A stretch of 32,000 bases of DNA, from contig NZ_LZKK01000083.1 of NCBI RefSeq assembly GCF_001672815.1, positions 8,759 to 40,758 of the forward strand, in the 5' to 3' direction. This DNA comes from Mycobacterium sp. E796 (lineage in GTDB: Bacteria > Actinomycetota > Actinomycetes > Mycobacteriales > Mycobacteriaceae). Position 1 is the stretch's first letter, and each line of letters begins with the position of its first letter. The translations under genes and the position numbers were made by a program. The notes beneath the pieces were generated by a model that searched no databases, was not told the DNA's origin, and saw only the letters and a list, made by a program, of their open reading frames with translations. Of the stretch, positions 7,769-16,332 are shown piece by piece.

Positions 7769-8320
7769 CTACACGGCGCGCAGATAGCGCCGGGCGATGA
7801 CGCGCTGGGCCGCCCTGACGACCGGACCGCCGGCCCTGCTCCACCAGGCGGCGGGCCGGGAGAACGCCGACACCTCCGCGTACACCGCGTCGGTGGCCGG
7901 GTCGCGGCGCACGACGAATCGCTCCTCGCCCGACTCCGGGTGCCCCGGCAGCGTGCCGTAGGCGAACCCGCGGATGTCGGGCTCGTCGACGACGTAGACG
8001 ACCCGACACGGCGCGGGCAGAAAACCCAGGCGCACCACCAACACCGTGTCGACCTCGGCGACCTCGGAGCTGGCCTGCACCCGCAGGCCGGATCCGCGTT
8101 GCATGCCCCAGCGCATGACCGCGTCGCCGGCCTGATCGAAACGCGTTCGGCCGGTGCCGATTTGACGCTCGTTGTGCTGGTGGTCGTAGCCGTCGGGCAG
8201 CTCGCCGTCCGCGGTGGCGCCTATCTCTTTGTAGGTGAGTGGAAGTTCTTCGAGCGCTTGTAGGTCCACGGGTTCAGCGTACGGTCGTAGAGGTGACCAC
8301 TCAGACTGTTGCCCAAGCAT
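7769..8320 (-). CDS. Conserved hypothetical protein, DUF1990-like
   Basis: 183-aa ORF with good coding-frame GC3. The LTYKEIGAT...G...F..A...MRWGMQ pattern matches my recollection of DUF1990. The start is uncertain: ATG 8320, or GTG 8269 which would remove the overlap with the divergent gene. Confidence 0.7.
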   Translation of the reverse strand: MLGQQSEWSPLRPYAEPVDLQALEELPLTYKEIGATADGELPDGYDHQHNERQIGTGRTRFDQAGDAVMRWGMQRGSGLRVQASSEVAEVDTVLVVRLGFLPAPCRVVYVVDEPDIRGFAYGTLPGHPESGEERFVVRRDPATDAVYAEVSAFSRPAAWWSRAGGPVVRAAQRVIARRYLRAV

Positions 8321-9168
8321 CCGGAACGTTCACCCTCGGCGGCGACCTGACCGTCCACCGGCTCGGTTTCGGCGCCATGCGCCTGACAGGCAAGGGCGTG
8401 TGGGGCCCGCCCGCCGACCGCGACGAGTGCGTGCGGGTGTTGCGCCGCGCCGTCGAGCTCGGGGTGAACTTCATCGACACCGCGGACTCCTACGGGCCCT
8501 ACGTTTCCGAGGAGATCATCCACGACGCGCTGCACCCTTACGACGGCCTGGTGATCGCCACCAAGGCGGGGCTGCTGCGCACCGGCCCCGACGCCTGGGA
8601 CCCCCTGGGCTACCCGAGTTACCTGCGCCAGGAATGCGAGATGAGCCTGCGGCGCCTCGGCGTGGACACCATCGATCTGTTCCAGCTGCACCGCATCGAC
8701 ACGAAATTCCCGATGGCCGACCAGATCGGCGAGCTGGTCGCGCTGAAGAACGAGGGCAAGATCCGCCACGTCGGCCTGTCCGAGATCGACGTCGACCAGC
8801 TCACCGCCGCCCAGCAGATCACCGAGATCGTGTCGGTGCAGAACATGTACAACCTGGCCTCCCGCGGCGCCGAGCCGCTGCTGGACGCCGCGACCAGGCT
8901 GGGCATCGGCTTCATCCCGTGGTTCCCGCTGGCCGCCGGGCCGCTGGCCGCCCCCGACGGCCCGCTGCAGCGCATCGCCGCCGAGCACGACGCGAGCCCG
9001 TCGCAGCTGGCGCTGGCCTGGCTGCTGAAGCGCTCGCCGGTGATGCTGCCGATCCCGGGCACGTCCAGCGTCGCGCACCTGGAGGAGAACGTCGCCGCCG
9101 CCGAGATCACCTTGACCGACGAGGAGTTCGAGACGCTCGCGACCGCGGGAGCCCAGCGGACCGTGTAA
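8293..9168 (+). CDS. Aldo/keto reductase family oxidoreductase
   Basis: AKR hallmarks are present: [27 protein letters not shown] and [13 protein letters not shown]. The GTG at 8293 gives a typical short N-terminus (TFTLGG...). The ORF-track start GTG at 8239 is an alternative. Confidence 0.85.
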   Translation: MTTQTVAQASGTFTLGGDLTVHRLGFGAMRLTGKGVWGPPADRDECVRVLRRAVELGVNFIDTADSYGPYVSEEIIHDALHPYDGLVIATKAGLLRTGPDAWDPLGYPSYLRQECEMSLRRLGVDTIDLFQLHRIDTKFPMADQIGELVALKNEGKIRHVGLSEIDVDQLTAAQQITEIVSVQNMYNLASRGAEPLLDAATRLGIGFIPWFPLAAGPLAAPDGPLQRIAAEHDASPSQLALAWLLKRSPVMLPIPGTSSVAHLEENVAAAEITLTDEEFETLATAGAQRTV

Positions 9169-9172
9169 CCGC

Positions 9173-9203
9173 CGCGAAAGTGCGATTAACGACGCGTTTC
9201 GCG
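9173..9203 (+). terminator. Possible hairpin downstream of the aldo/keto reductase
   Basis: cgcgaaa...tttcgcg forms a 7-bp outer stem, with partial inner pairing, starting 5 nt after the TAA at 9166-9168. This is weak evidence. Confidence 0.25.
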
Positions 9204-9257
9204 AGTGAACGCGTCGGTGGTTGCACCCTCGCGGGCGGCGCCGAATACGGTGTTCAG

Positions 9258-9881
9258 GTGGCCGGTGCAGATCAGCAACATCCCGGCGGCGGATTCAACC
9301 CCCCGGATCCGACCACCAAGGGCGGGCCGGATTATGGCCGGTTCATCGAGGCGGTGCGCAGGCTGCAGGACCACGCCCGCGCCGTCGACGCGCCCGACGC
9401 GGTGATCACCGAGGCCGCGGACCAGCTGGAGAAGCTCTCCGCGCTGCTGAGCCCCTACGACGCCGACGAGTGGGAGTCCCCGTCCGGGCGCCGGATGGAC
9501 CTGCCGATGCGCGGCAACATCCTGTCCATTCCGATGAAGGCGAGCAAGGGCGACGACGGGCGCATCCACGGCTGGGCCCGTTTCGCGCGGTTTCACCTAG
9601 GGCGCAACGGCGCCGTGCACGGCGGGGCTTTGGGGATGCTGTTCGACAGCGTGCTTGGGCTCACGTCCTCGGTGATCACCGGCGGCCCCCGCCAGCGCAC
9701 CGCCTATCTCAAGATCAATTACCGCCACATCGTGCCGATCGAGAAGGAATTGCAGTTCGAGGCCGGCATCGACCGGGTGGACGGGCGCAAAATCTTCGTG
9801 TCGGGCCGGCTCTGCGACGGCGACACCCTGCTCACCGAGGCCGACGCGCTGTTCGTCCGGCTCAAGCCTGGCCAGCCCTAA
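9258..9881 (+). CDS. PaaI/hotdog-fold thioesterase-like protein
   Basis: This is the C-terminal part of the 8235-9881 ORF. It has the hotdog core HGGALGMLFDSVLG...AYLKINYR.P.P....L.FEA..DRVDGRKIFV.G.L. The start is uncertain (GTG 9258 chosen, GTG 9180 possible). Everything upstream overlaps the AKR gene out of frame. Confidence 0.72.
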   Translation: MAGADQQHPGGGFNPPDPTTKGGPDYGRFIEAVRRLQDHARAVDAPDAVITEAADQLEKLSALLSPYDADEWESPSGRRMDLPMRGNILSIPMKASKGDDGRIHGWARFARFHLGRNGAVHGGALGMLFDSVLGLTSSVITGGPRQRTAYLKINYRHIVPIEKELQFEAGIDRVDGRKIFVSGRLCDGDTLLTEADALFVRLKPGQP

Positions 9882-9947
9882 GCCTGCTCGGCCCCGATAG
9901 CATGGGCACGACCAATCACCGCACCCCAGCCTTGGAGACCAAACCCG

Positions 9948-12002
9948 ATGAGCGCCGCCGCACAGCCCACCCCGGCAAACCCGATCCGGGTGCCGGCCGG
10001 GACCACCGCGGCCGCCGCCGTCGGTGAGGCCGGGCTGCCCAGGCGCGGCGCGCCCGACGCGATCGTGGTGGTGCGTGACGCCGACGGCAAGCTGCGCGAT
10101 CTGAGCTGGGTGCCCGAAGCCGACGCCGAGGTCGTCCCGGTCGCGGCCAACACTGACGAGGGCCGCAGCGTGCTCCGGCACTCGGCCGCGCACGTGCTGG
10201 CCCAGGCCGTCCAAGACCTTTTCCCGCAAGCCAAATTGGGCATCGGGCCGCCGATTACCGACGGCTTCTACTACGACTTCGACGTGGCGGAGCCGTTCAC
10301 GCCGGAGGATCTGGCCAAGCTGGAAAAGCGGATGCGCCAGATCGTCAAGGACGGCCAGCTGTTCGAACGGCGCGTCTACGAATCCAAGGATGCCGCGCGC
10401 GCCGAGCTGGCCAACGAGCCCTACAAGCTCGAGCTCGTCGACGACAAGTCCGGTGACGCGGAGATAATGGAGGTCGGTGGCGACGAGCTCACCGCGTACG
10501 ACAACCTCAATCCCCGTACCCGCGAACGCGTTTGGGGCGACCTGTGCCGCGGACCGCACATCCCCACCACCAAGCACATCCCCGCGTTCAAGCTGACCAG
10601 GAGCTCGGCGGCCTATTGGCGCGGCGACCAGAAAAACGCAAGCCTGCAACGCATCTACGGCACCGCGTGGGAGTCGCAGGAGGCGCTCGAGAAGCACCTG
10701 GAGCTGATCGAGGAGGCCCAGCGCCGCGACCACCGCAAGCTCGGCGCCGAGCTGGATTTGTTCAGCTTTCCCGACGAAATCGGTTCGGGCCTGGCGGTTT
10801 TCCATCCCAAGGGCGGGATCGTGCGCCGCGAGCTCGAGGACTATTCGCGGCGCAAGCACGCCGAGGCCGGCTACGAGTTCGTCAACACCCCGCACATCAC
10901 CAAGGCCCAGCTGTTCCACACGTCGGGGCACCTGGACTGGTACGCCGACGGCATGTTCCCGCCGATGCACATCGACGCCGAACACAACGAGGACGGGTCG
11001 CTGCGCAAACCGGGGCAGGACTACTACCTCAAGCCGATGAACTGCCCGATGCACTGCCTGATCTTCCGGGCGCGCGGGCGGTCCTACCGCGAATTGCCGT
11101 TGCGGCTCTTCGAGTTCGGCACGGTCTATCGCCTCGAGAAGTCCGGCGTGATCCACGGGCTGACCCGGGTGCGCGGCCTGACGATGGACGACGCGCACAT
11201 CTTCTGCAGCCGCGAACAGATGCGCGACGAGCTGCGTTCGCTGCTGCGCTTCGTGCTCGACCTGCTCGCCGACTACGGCCTCACCGACTTCTACCTCGAG
11301 CTGTCCACCAAGGACCCGGAGAAGTTCGTCGGCTCCGACGAGGTGTGGGAGGAAGCCACCAACGTGCTGGCCGAGGTGGGCGCTGAGTCCGGGCTGGACC
11401 TGGTGCCCGACCCGGGCGGCGCGGCGTTCTACGGCCCGAAGATCTCCGTCCAGGTCAAGGACGCGCTGGGGCGCACCTGGCAGATGTCGACCATCCAGCT
11501 GGACTTCAACTTCCCGGAGCGTTTCGAGCTGGAATACACCGCCCCGGACGGGACCCGGCAGCGCCCGGTGATGATCCACCGCGCGCTCTTCGGGTCGATC
11601 GAGCGGTTCTTCGGCATCCTGACCGAGCACTATGCGGGCGCGTTCCCGGCGTGGCTGGCGCCGGTTCAGGTGGTCGGCATCCCGGTCGCCGACGAGCACG
11701 TGGAGTATCTGGAAAGCGTTGCCGCGCAGCTGAAGTCGCACGGCGTGCGGGTCGAGGTGGACGCCAGCGACGACCGGATGGCCAAGAAGATCGTCCACCA
11801 CACCAACCAGAAGGTGCCGTTCATGTTGCTGGCCGGTGACCGCGACGTGCAGGCGGGCGCGGTGAGCTTCCGCTTCGGCGACCGCACGCAGATCAACGGC
11901 GTGGGCCGGGACAGCGCCGTCGATGCGATCGTGAAGTGGATCGCCGACCGCGAAAACGCTACTCCTACAGCCGAACTGGTGAAGGTAACCGGCGGTGAGT
12001 GA
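9948..12002 (+). CDS. thrS: Threonine--tRNA ligase
   Basis: 684 aa with a TGS-like N-terminus and an editing-domain HSAAHVLA motif. Class II catalytic motifs are present ([25 protein letters not shown]...[24 protein letters not shown]), followed by an anticodon-binding C-terminus. GGAGA lies upstream of the ATG. Confidence 0.97.
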   Translation: MSAAAQPTPANPIRVPAGTTAAAAVGEAGLPRRGAPDAIVVVRDADGKLRDLSWVPEADAEVVPVAANTDEGRSVLRHSAAHVLAQAVQDLFPQAKLGIGPPITDGFYYDFDVAEPFTPEDLAKLEKRMRQIVKDGQLFERRVYESKDAARAELANEPYKLELVDDKSGDAEIMEVGGDELTAYDNLNPRTRERVWGDLCRGPHIPTTKHIPAFKLTRSSAAYWRGDQKNASLQRIYGTAWESQEALEKHLELIEEAQRRDHRKLGAELDLFSFPDEIGSGLAVFHPKGGIVRRELEDYSRRKHAEAGYEFVNTPHITKAQLFHTSGHLDWYADGMFPPMHIDAEHNEDGSLRKPGQDYYLKPMNCPMHCLIFRARGRSYRELPLRLFEFGTVYRLEKSGVIHGLTRVRGLTMDDAHIFCSREQMRDELRSLLRFVLDLLADYGLTDFYLELSTKDPEKFVGSDEVWEEATNVLAEVGAESGLDLVPDPGGAAFYGPKISVQVKDALGRTWQMSTIQLDFNFPERFELEYTAPDGTRQRPVMIHRALFGSIERFFGILTEHYAGAFPAWLAPVQVVGIPVADEHVEYLESVAAQLKSHGVRVEVDASDDRMAKKIVHHTNQKVPFMLLAGDRDVQAGAVSFRFGDRTQINGVGRDSAVDAIVKWIADRENATPTAELVKVTGGE

Positions 12003-12552
12003 CTCCGAGCGCGACGACACCATCCTGGACCGGGGCGTCGGTGAGCAAGACCACCTGCAACGGCTGTGGACGCCGTACCGGATGACCTACCTGGCCGAGG
12101 CGCCGATGAAGCGCGACAACGGCAAGACCGAGCAGCCCTTCACCGACATCCCGCAGCTGCCCGACGAGGACGGGCTGGTGGTCGCGCGCGGCGAACTCGT
12201 CTACGCCGTGCTCAACCTCTACCCCTACAACCCTGGGCACCTGATGGTGGTGCCCTACCGGCGGGTCTCGGAGCTCGAGGACCTGACCGATGCGGAGAGC
12301 GCGGAGCTGATGGCCTTCACGCAGAAGGCGATTCGCGTGATCAAGAACGTGTCGCGGCCGCACGGCTTCAACGTCGGGATGAACCTGGGCACGTCGGCCG
12401 GGGGCTCGCTGGCCGAGCACCTGCACGTGCACGTCGTGCCGCGCTGGGGCGGCGACGCCAACTTCATCACCATCGTCGGTGGCGCCAAGGTGATCCCGCA
12501 GCTGCTGCGCGACACCCGCCGGCTGCTGGCCACGGAGTGGGCCCGACAGTGA
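11995..12552 (+). CDS. HIT-family nucleotide hydrolase/phosphorylase (Rv2613c-like Ap4A phosphorylase)
   Basis: 185 aa with the histidine triad [10 protein letters not shown] and the block [14 protein letters not shown]. The GTG start overlaps the thrS end by 8 nt. Confidence 0.9.
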   Translation: MSDSERDDTILDRGVGEQDHLQRLWTPYRMTYLAEAPMKRDNGKTEQPFTDIPQLPDEDGLVVARGELVYAVLNLYPYNPGHLMVVPYRRVSELEDLTDAESAELMAFTQKAIRVIKNVSRPHGFNVGMNLGTSAGGSLAEHLHVHVVPRWGGDANFITIVGGAKVIPQLLRDTRRLLATEWARQ

Positions 12553-12601
12553 GTCGCGCCAGCGACGATGCAGAGCGCAGCGATGAGGAGGAGCGGCGCG
12601 C

Positions 12602-13234
12602 ATGAGTAAAGTGCCGTTCCTGTCGCGGGCGGCGTTCGCGCGGCTCACCACTCCGACGGCGCGGGCATGCCTGAAAGTCGGATTGACGCCCGACGCCGTC
12701 ACCATCCTGGGCACGGTCGTCGCGGTCGCGGGGGCACTGACGCTGTTTCCGACGGGCCGCCTCTTCGCCGGCACGCTGGTGGTCTGGTTCTTCGTGCTCT
12801 TCGACATGCTCGACGGGGCGATGGCCCGGGAACGAGGCGGCGGAACGCGTTTCGGCGCGGTCCTGGACGCGACGTGCGACCGGATCAGCGACGGCGCCGT
12901 GTTCTGCGGGCTGCTGTGGTGGGCTGCCTTCGGCCTGCACGACAAGCTCTTGGTGGTGGCGACCCTGATCTGCCTGGTCACCTCGCAGGTGATCTCCTAC
13001 ATCAAGGCACGGGCCGAAGCCAGCGGGCTGCGCGGCGACGGCGGCATCATCGAACGTCCGGAGCGGCTGATCATCGTGCTGGTCGGCGCCGGCATCTCCG
13101 ACTTCCCCTACATCGCTTGGCCGCCCGCGCTGTCGGTGGCGATGTGGCTGCTGGCGGCGGCCAGCGTGGTCACCTGCGTGCAGCGGTTGCACACGGTGCG
13201 CACTTCCCGCGGCGCGACGGAGCCGATGCCGTGA
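12602..13234 (+). CDS. pgsA1: CDP-diacylglycerol--inositol(-phosphate) 3-phosphatidyltransferase (PI/PIP synthase)
   Basis: 210 aa with the CDP-alcohol phosphatidyltransferase motif DMLDGAMAR...G..LD...DRISD. The N-terminus MSKVPFLSRAAFAR matches recalled Mtb PgsA1. GAGGAGGAG lies about 8 nt upstream. Confidence 0.93.
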   Translation: MSKVPFLSRAAFARLTTPTARACLKVGLTPDAVTILGTVVAVAGALTLFPTGRLFAGTLVVWFFVLFDMLDGAMARERGGGTRFGAVLDATCDRISDGAVFCGLLWWAAFGLHDKLLVVATLICLVTSQVISYIKARAEASGLRGDGGIIERPERLIIVLVGAGISDFPYIAWPPALSVAMWLLAAASVVTCVQRLHTVRTSRGATEPMP

Positions 13235-14154
13235 TCAAGGACTTGGGGCGAAGGACCCGTGGTGCGGCCGCAGACTGGGCGTACGCGACCGGGTGGATGG
13301 CGGTGCGAGCGATGCCGGAGTTCGCGGCCCGCAACGTATTCGACGCCGGCGCGCGCTACGCGGCCCGCGGCGGTGGGCCCGACCAGCTGCGCAAGAACCT
13401 GGCCCGGGTGATCGGCGTGCCGCCCGATCAGGTGCCGGACCAGCTGATGCGGGCCTCGCTCGCGTCGTACGCCCGCTACTGGCGGGAGGCCTTCCGCCTG
13501 CCCACGATGGACCACCGCGTGCTGGCCCGTCGCATCGATGAGACGTTCCGCGGGGCCGACCACATCGACGCGGCCCTGGCCGCCGGCCGCGGAGTGGTGA
13601 TGGCGCTGCCGCACAGCGGCAACTGGGACATGGCCGGGGTCTGGCTGGCGCAGACGCGCGGCACCTTCACCACCGTCGCCGAGCGCCTCAAACCCGAATC
13701 GCTGTACCGGCGTTTCATCGCCTACCGGGAAGGGCTTGGCTTCGAAGTCATCCCGCTGTCCGGCGGCGAACGGCCGCCGTTCGAGACGTTGTGCGAGCGG
13801 CTGCGGGCCAACCGGGCGGTGTGCCTGATGGCCGAGCGCGACCTGACCCGCACGGGTGTCGAGGTGAAATTCTTCGGCGAACTCACCCGGATGCCGGCCG
13901 GGCCGGCGAAGCTCGCGATCGAAACCGGGGCGGCCCTGCTGCCCGCGCACTGCTGGAACGAGCCCGACGGCTGGCCCGTATCGATACACCCGCCGCTGGA
14001 TACCTCCAGCGGCGACGTCCGGACCATCACTCAGGCGCTGGCCGACCAGTTCGCCGAGAACATCGCCGCGCACCCCGAGGACTGGCACATGATGCAGCCG
14101 CAGTGGCTCGCGGATCTGTCGGAGGCCAAGCAGGCGAGGCTGAAGGAAGCCTGA
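13231..14154 (+). CDS. patA: Phosphatidylinositol mannoside acyltransferase (LpxL/HtrB-type)
   Basis: The GTG at 13231 overlaps the pgsA1 stop (GTGA). The product is 307 aa with the HX4D acyltransferase motif (PHSGNWD). Its N-terminus DWAYA.GWMAVRA.PEFA.RN.FD.GARY resembles Mtb Rv2611c. Confidence 0.9.
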   Translation: MIKDLGRRTRGAAADWAYATGWMAVRAMPEFAARNVFDAGARYAARGGGPDQLRKNLARVIGVPPDQVPDQLMRASLASYARYWREAFRLPTMDHRVLARRIDETFRGADHIDAALAAGRGVVMALPHSGNWDMAGVWLAQTRGTFTTVAERLKPESLYRRFIAYREGLGFEVIPLSGGERPPFETLCERLRANRAVCLMAERDLTRTGVEVKFFGELTRMPAGPAKLAIETGAALLPAHCWNEPDGWPVSIHPPLDTSSGDVRTITQALADQFAENIAAHPEDWHMMQPQWLADLSEAKQARLKEA

Positions 14155-15278
14155 TGCGAATCGGGATGGTCTGTCCGTATTCGTTCGACGTGCCGGGCGG
14201 GGTGCAGTCCCATGTCTTGCAGCTGGCCGAGGTGATGCGCGCCCGCGGGAACGAGGTCAGCGTACTGGCACCGGTGTCCCCGCACGCCGCGCTGCCCGAC
14301 TACGTCGTCTCCGCCGGCAAGGCCGTCCCGATTCCCTACAACGGGTCGGTGGCCCGGCTGCGGTTTGGCCCGGCCACCCATCGCAAGGTGAAAAAGTGGC
14401 TCGCCGAAGGCGATTTCGACGTTTTGCACCTGCATGAGCCCAACGCGCCGAGCCTGTCGATGCTGGCCCTGAACATTGCCGAGGGCCCGATCGTCGCGAC
14501 GTTTCACACGTCGACCACCAAATCCCTGACCCTGACGGTCTTTCAGGGCATCCTGCGCCCCATGCACGAGAAGATCGTCGGCCGGATCGCGGTGTCCGAC
14601 CTGGCCCGGCGCTGGCAGATGGAGGCGCTGGGCACGGACGCGGTGGAGATCCCCAACGGGGTCGACGTGGACTCGTTCGCCTCGGCGCCGCGGCTGGACG
14701 GGTATCCGCGGCCCGGCAAGACGGTGCTTTTCCTGGGCCGCTACGGCGAGCCCCGCAAGGGCATGACGGTGCTGCTCGAGGCGCTGCCGCGGGTGGTCGA
14801 GAGCCACCCGGATCTGCAGTTGCTGATCGTCGGGCGCGGCGACGAGGACGAATTGCGCGAGCAGGCAGGCGAATTGGTGGACCACATTCGCTTCCTTGGC
14901 CAGGTCGACGACGCCGGAAAGGCGTCGGCGATGCGCAGCGCCGATGTCTACTGCGCGCCCAACACGGGAGGGGAGAGCTTCGGGATCGTCCTGGTCGAGG
15001 CGATGGCCGCCGGCACGCCGGTGGTGGCCAGCGACCTCGACGCCTTCCGGCGCGTGTTGTGCGACGGCGACTGCGGGCGGCTGGTGCCCGTCGATGACGG
15101 CGCCGCGCTGGCCGACGCGCTGGTCGAGGTGCTGGCCGACGACGCGCTGCGCGAACGCTACGTGGCGGCCGCTTCGAGGGCGGTCCGCCGCTACGACTGG
15201 TCGGTGGTGGCCAGCCAGATCATGCGGGTGTACGAGACGGTCGCAGGGTCGGGCGCCAAGGTCCAGGTGGCCAGTTGA
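14154..15278 (+). CDS. pimA: GDP-mannose-dependent phosphatidylinositol alpha-mannosyltransferase (GT4)
   Basis: The ATG shares one base with the patA stop (TGATG). The product starts MRIGMVCPYSFDVPGGVQSHV. It carries the GT4 EX7E region GESFGIVLVEAMAAGTPVV. Confidence 0.93.
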   Translation: MRIGMVCPYSFDVPGGVQSHVLQLAEVMRARGNEVSVLAPVSPHAALPDYVVSAGKAVPIPYNGSVARLRFGPATHRKVKKWLAEGDFDVLHLHEPNAPSLSMLALNIAEGPIVATFHTSTTKSLTLTVFQGILRPMHEKIVGRIAVSDLARRWQMEALGTDAVEIPNGVDVDSFASAPRLDGYPRPGKTVLFLGRYGEPRKGMTVLLEALPRVVESHPDLQLLIVGRGDEDELREQAGELVDHIRFLGQVDDAGKASAMRSADVYCAPNTGGESFGIVLVEAMAAGTPVVASDLDAFRRVLCDGDCGRLVPVDDGAALADALVEVLADDALRERYVAAASRAVRRYDWSVVASQIMRVYETVAGSGAKVQVAS

Positions 15279-16327
15279 TGACGTGGCTCGTCATCGCCGT
15301 CGTGGCGTTGGTGGTGTTGGTAGCGCTGGTCGCCTTTGCCGGCTGGGCATACCAGACCGCCCACCGGCTCGACCGGCTGCACGTCCGCTACGACCTGTCC
15401 TGGCAGGCGCTCGACGGCGCGCTGGCCCGGCGCGCGGTGGTGGCTCGGGCCGTGGCGATCGACGGGTACGGCGGTTCCGCCGAGGGCAGGCGGCTGGCCG
15501 CGCTGGCCGACGCGGCCGAACACGCGCCCCGCCCGGCCCGCGAGAACGCGGAGAACGAGCTGTCGGCCGCGCTCGCAATGGTCGATCCCGCGTCACTGCC
15601 GGCGGGTCTGATCGCCGAGCTGGCCGACGCGGAGGCCCGCGTGGTGCTGGCCCGCCGCTTCCACAACGACGCCGTTCGCGACACCCTGGCGCTGCGCGAG
15701 CGATTCCTGGTCCGCACCCTTCGGCTCGGCGGAACCGCCGCGCTGCCAAGCTATTTCGAGATCCTCGAGCGGCCGCACGCGCTGGCGCACCCCGAGCGCG
15801 GAGTGCCCAACCACCGCACGTCGGCGCGGGTGGTGCTGCTCGACGAGTCCGGCGCCGTGCTGCTGTTGTGCGGGTCGGACCCGGCCAACCCGGCGTTCGG
15901 TGACGGGGCCGCGCCCCGGTGGTGGTTCACCGTGGGCGGCGAAGTGGGCGATGGCGAGCGGTTGGTCGAGGCCGCCGTGCGCGAGCTGGCCGAAGAAACC
16001 GGCCTGCGGGTCGAGCCGGCCGACATGATCGGACCCGTCTGGCGGCGCGACGAGGTCTTCGAGTTCAACGGATCGCTGATCGAGAGCGAGGAGTTCTACC
16101 TCCTGCACCGCACCCGCCGTTTCGCGCCGTCCCTGGCGGGGCGGACCGAGCTGGAACGCAGCTACATCCATGGCGCCCGTTGGTGTGACGCGAACGACAT
16201 CGCCGAGCTGACCGCCGCGGGCGAGGAGGTGTACCCGCGCCAACTGGGCGAGCTGCTGCCGGTCGCCAACCGGCTGGCGGACGGCGCCGACAGCGCCGCG
16301 ACCGGGGTGCCGCAGCCCATCCTCTGA
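15278..16327 (+). CDS. Membrane-anchored LemA-like / Nudix hydrolase fusion protein (Rv2609c-like)
   Basis: The ATG at 15278 shares one base with the pimA stop; the ORF track uses TTG 15275. There is an N-terminal TM helix. LemA-like helices follow (RLDRLHVRYDLSWQALDGAL.RR ... EARVVLARRFHNDAVRD). The Nudix box is GGEVGDGERLVEAAVRELAEETGL. Confidence 0.85.
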   Translation: MTWLVIAVVALVVLVALVAFAGWAYQTAHRLDRLHVRYDLSWQALDGALARRAVVARAVAIDGYGGSAEGRRLAALADAAEHAPRPARENAENELSAALAMVDPASLPAGLIAELADAEARVVLARRFHNDAVRDTLALRERFLVRTLRLGGTAALPSYFEILERPHALAHPERGVPNHRTSARVVLLDESGAVLLLCGSDPANPAFGDGAAPRWWFTVGGEVGDGERLVEAAVRELAEETGLRVEPADMIGPVWRRDEVFEFNGSLIESEEFYLLHRTRRFAPSLAGRTELERSYIHGARWCDANDIAELTAAGEEVYPRQLGELLPVANRLADGADSAATGVPQPIL

Positions 16328-16332
16328 GGTCG

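Noticed and set aside
8235-9257. N-terminal part of the 548-aa ORF 8235-9881.
   Set aside because: It overlaps the aldo/keto reductase out of frame and has no motifs. Only the C-terminal hotdog thioesterase portion is credible.
9882-9947. I checked the thrS leader for a T-box or other riboswitch, and the whole window for tRNA-like sequences (T-arm GGTTCGAATCC-type motifs).
   Set aside because: The leader is only 66 nt, with no specifier or T-box features. I saw no tRNA-like cloverleaf signatures anywhere in the window.
9597-12023. 808-aa ORF on the minus strand, the longest ORF in the window.
   Set aside because: It lies exactly antisense to thrS, whose identity is unambiguous. Its translation is Arg/Gly/Val/Asp-rich with no recognisable motifs. 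Long stop-free antisense frames are expected at this GC content.
12066-12548. Body of the 179-aa ORF overlapping the HIT gene.
   Set aside because: It is an off-frame shadow of the HIT gene. Only its last 18 codons (12549-12605) are noted as a possible bridging micro-ORF.
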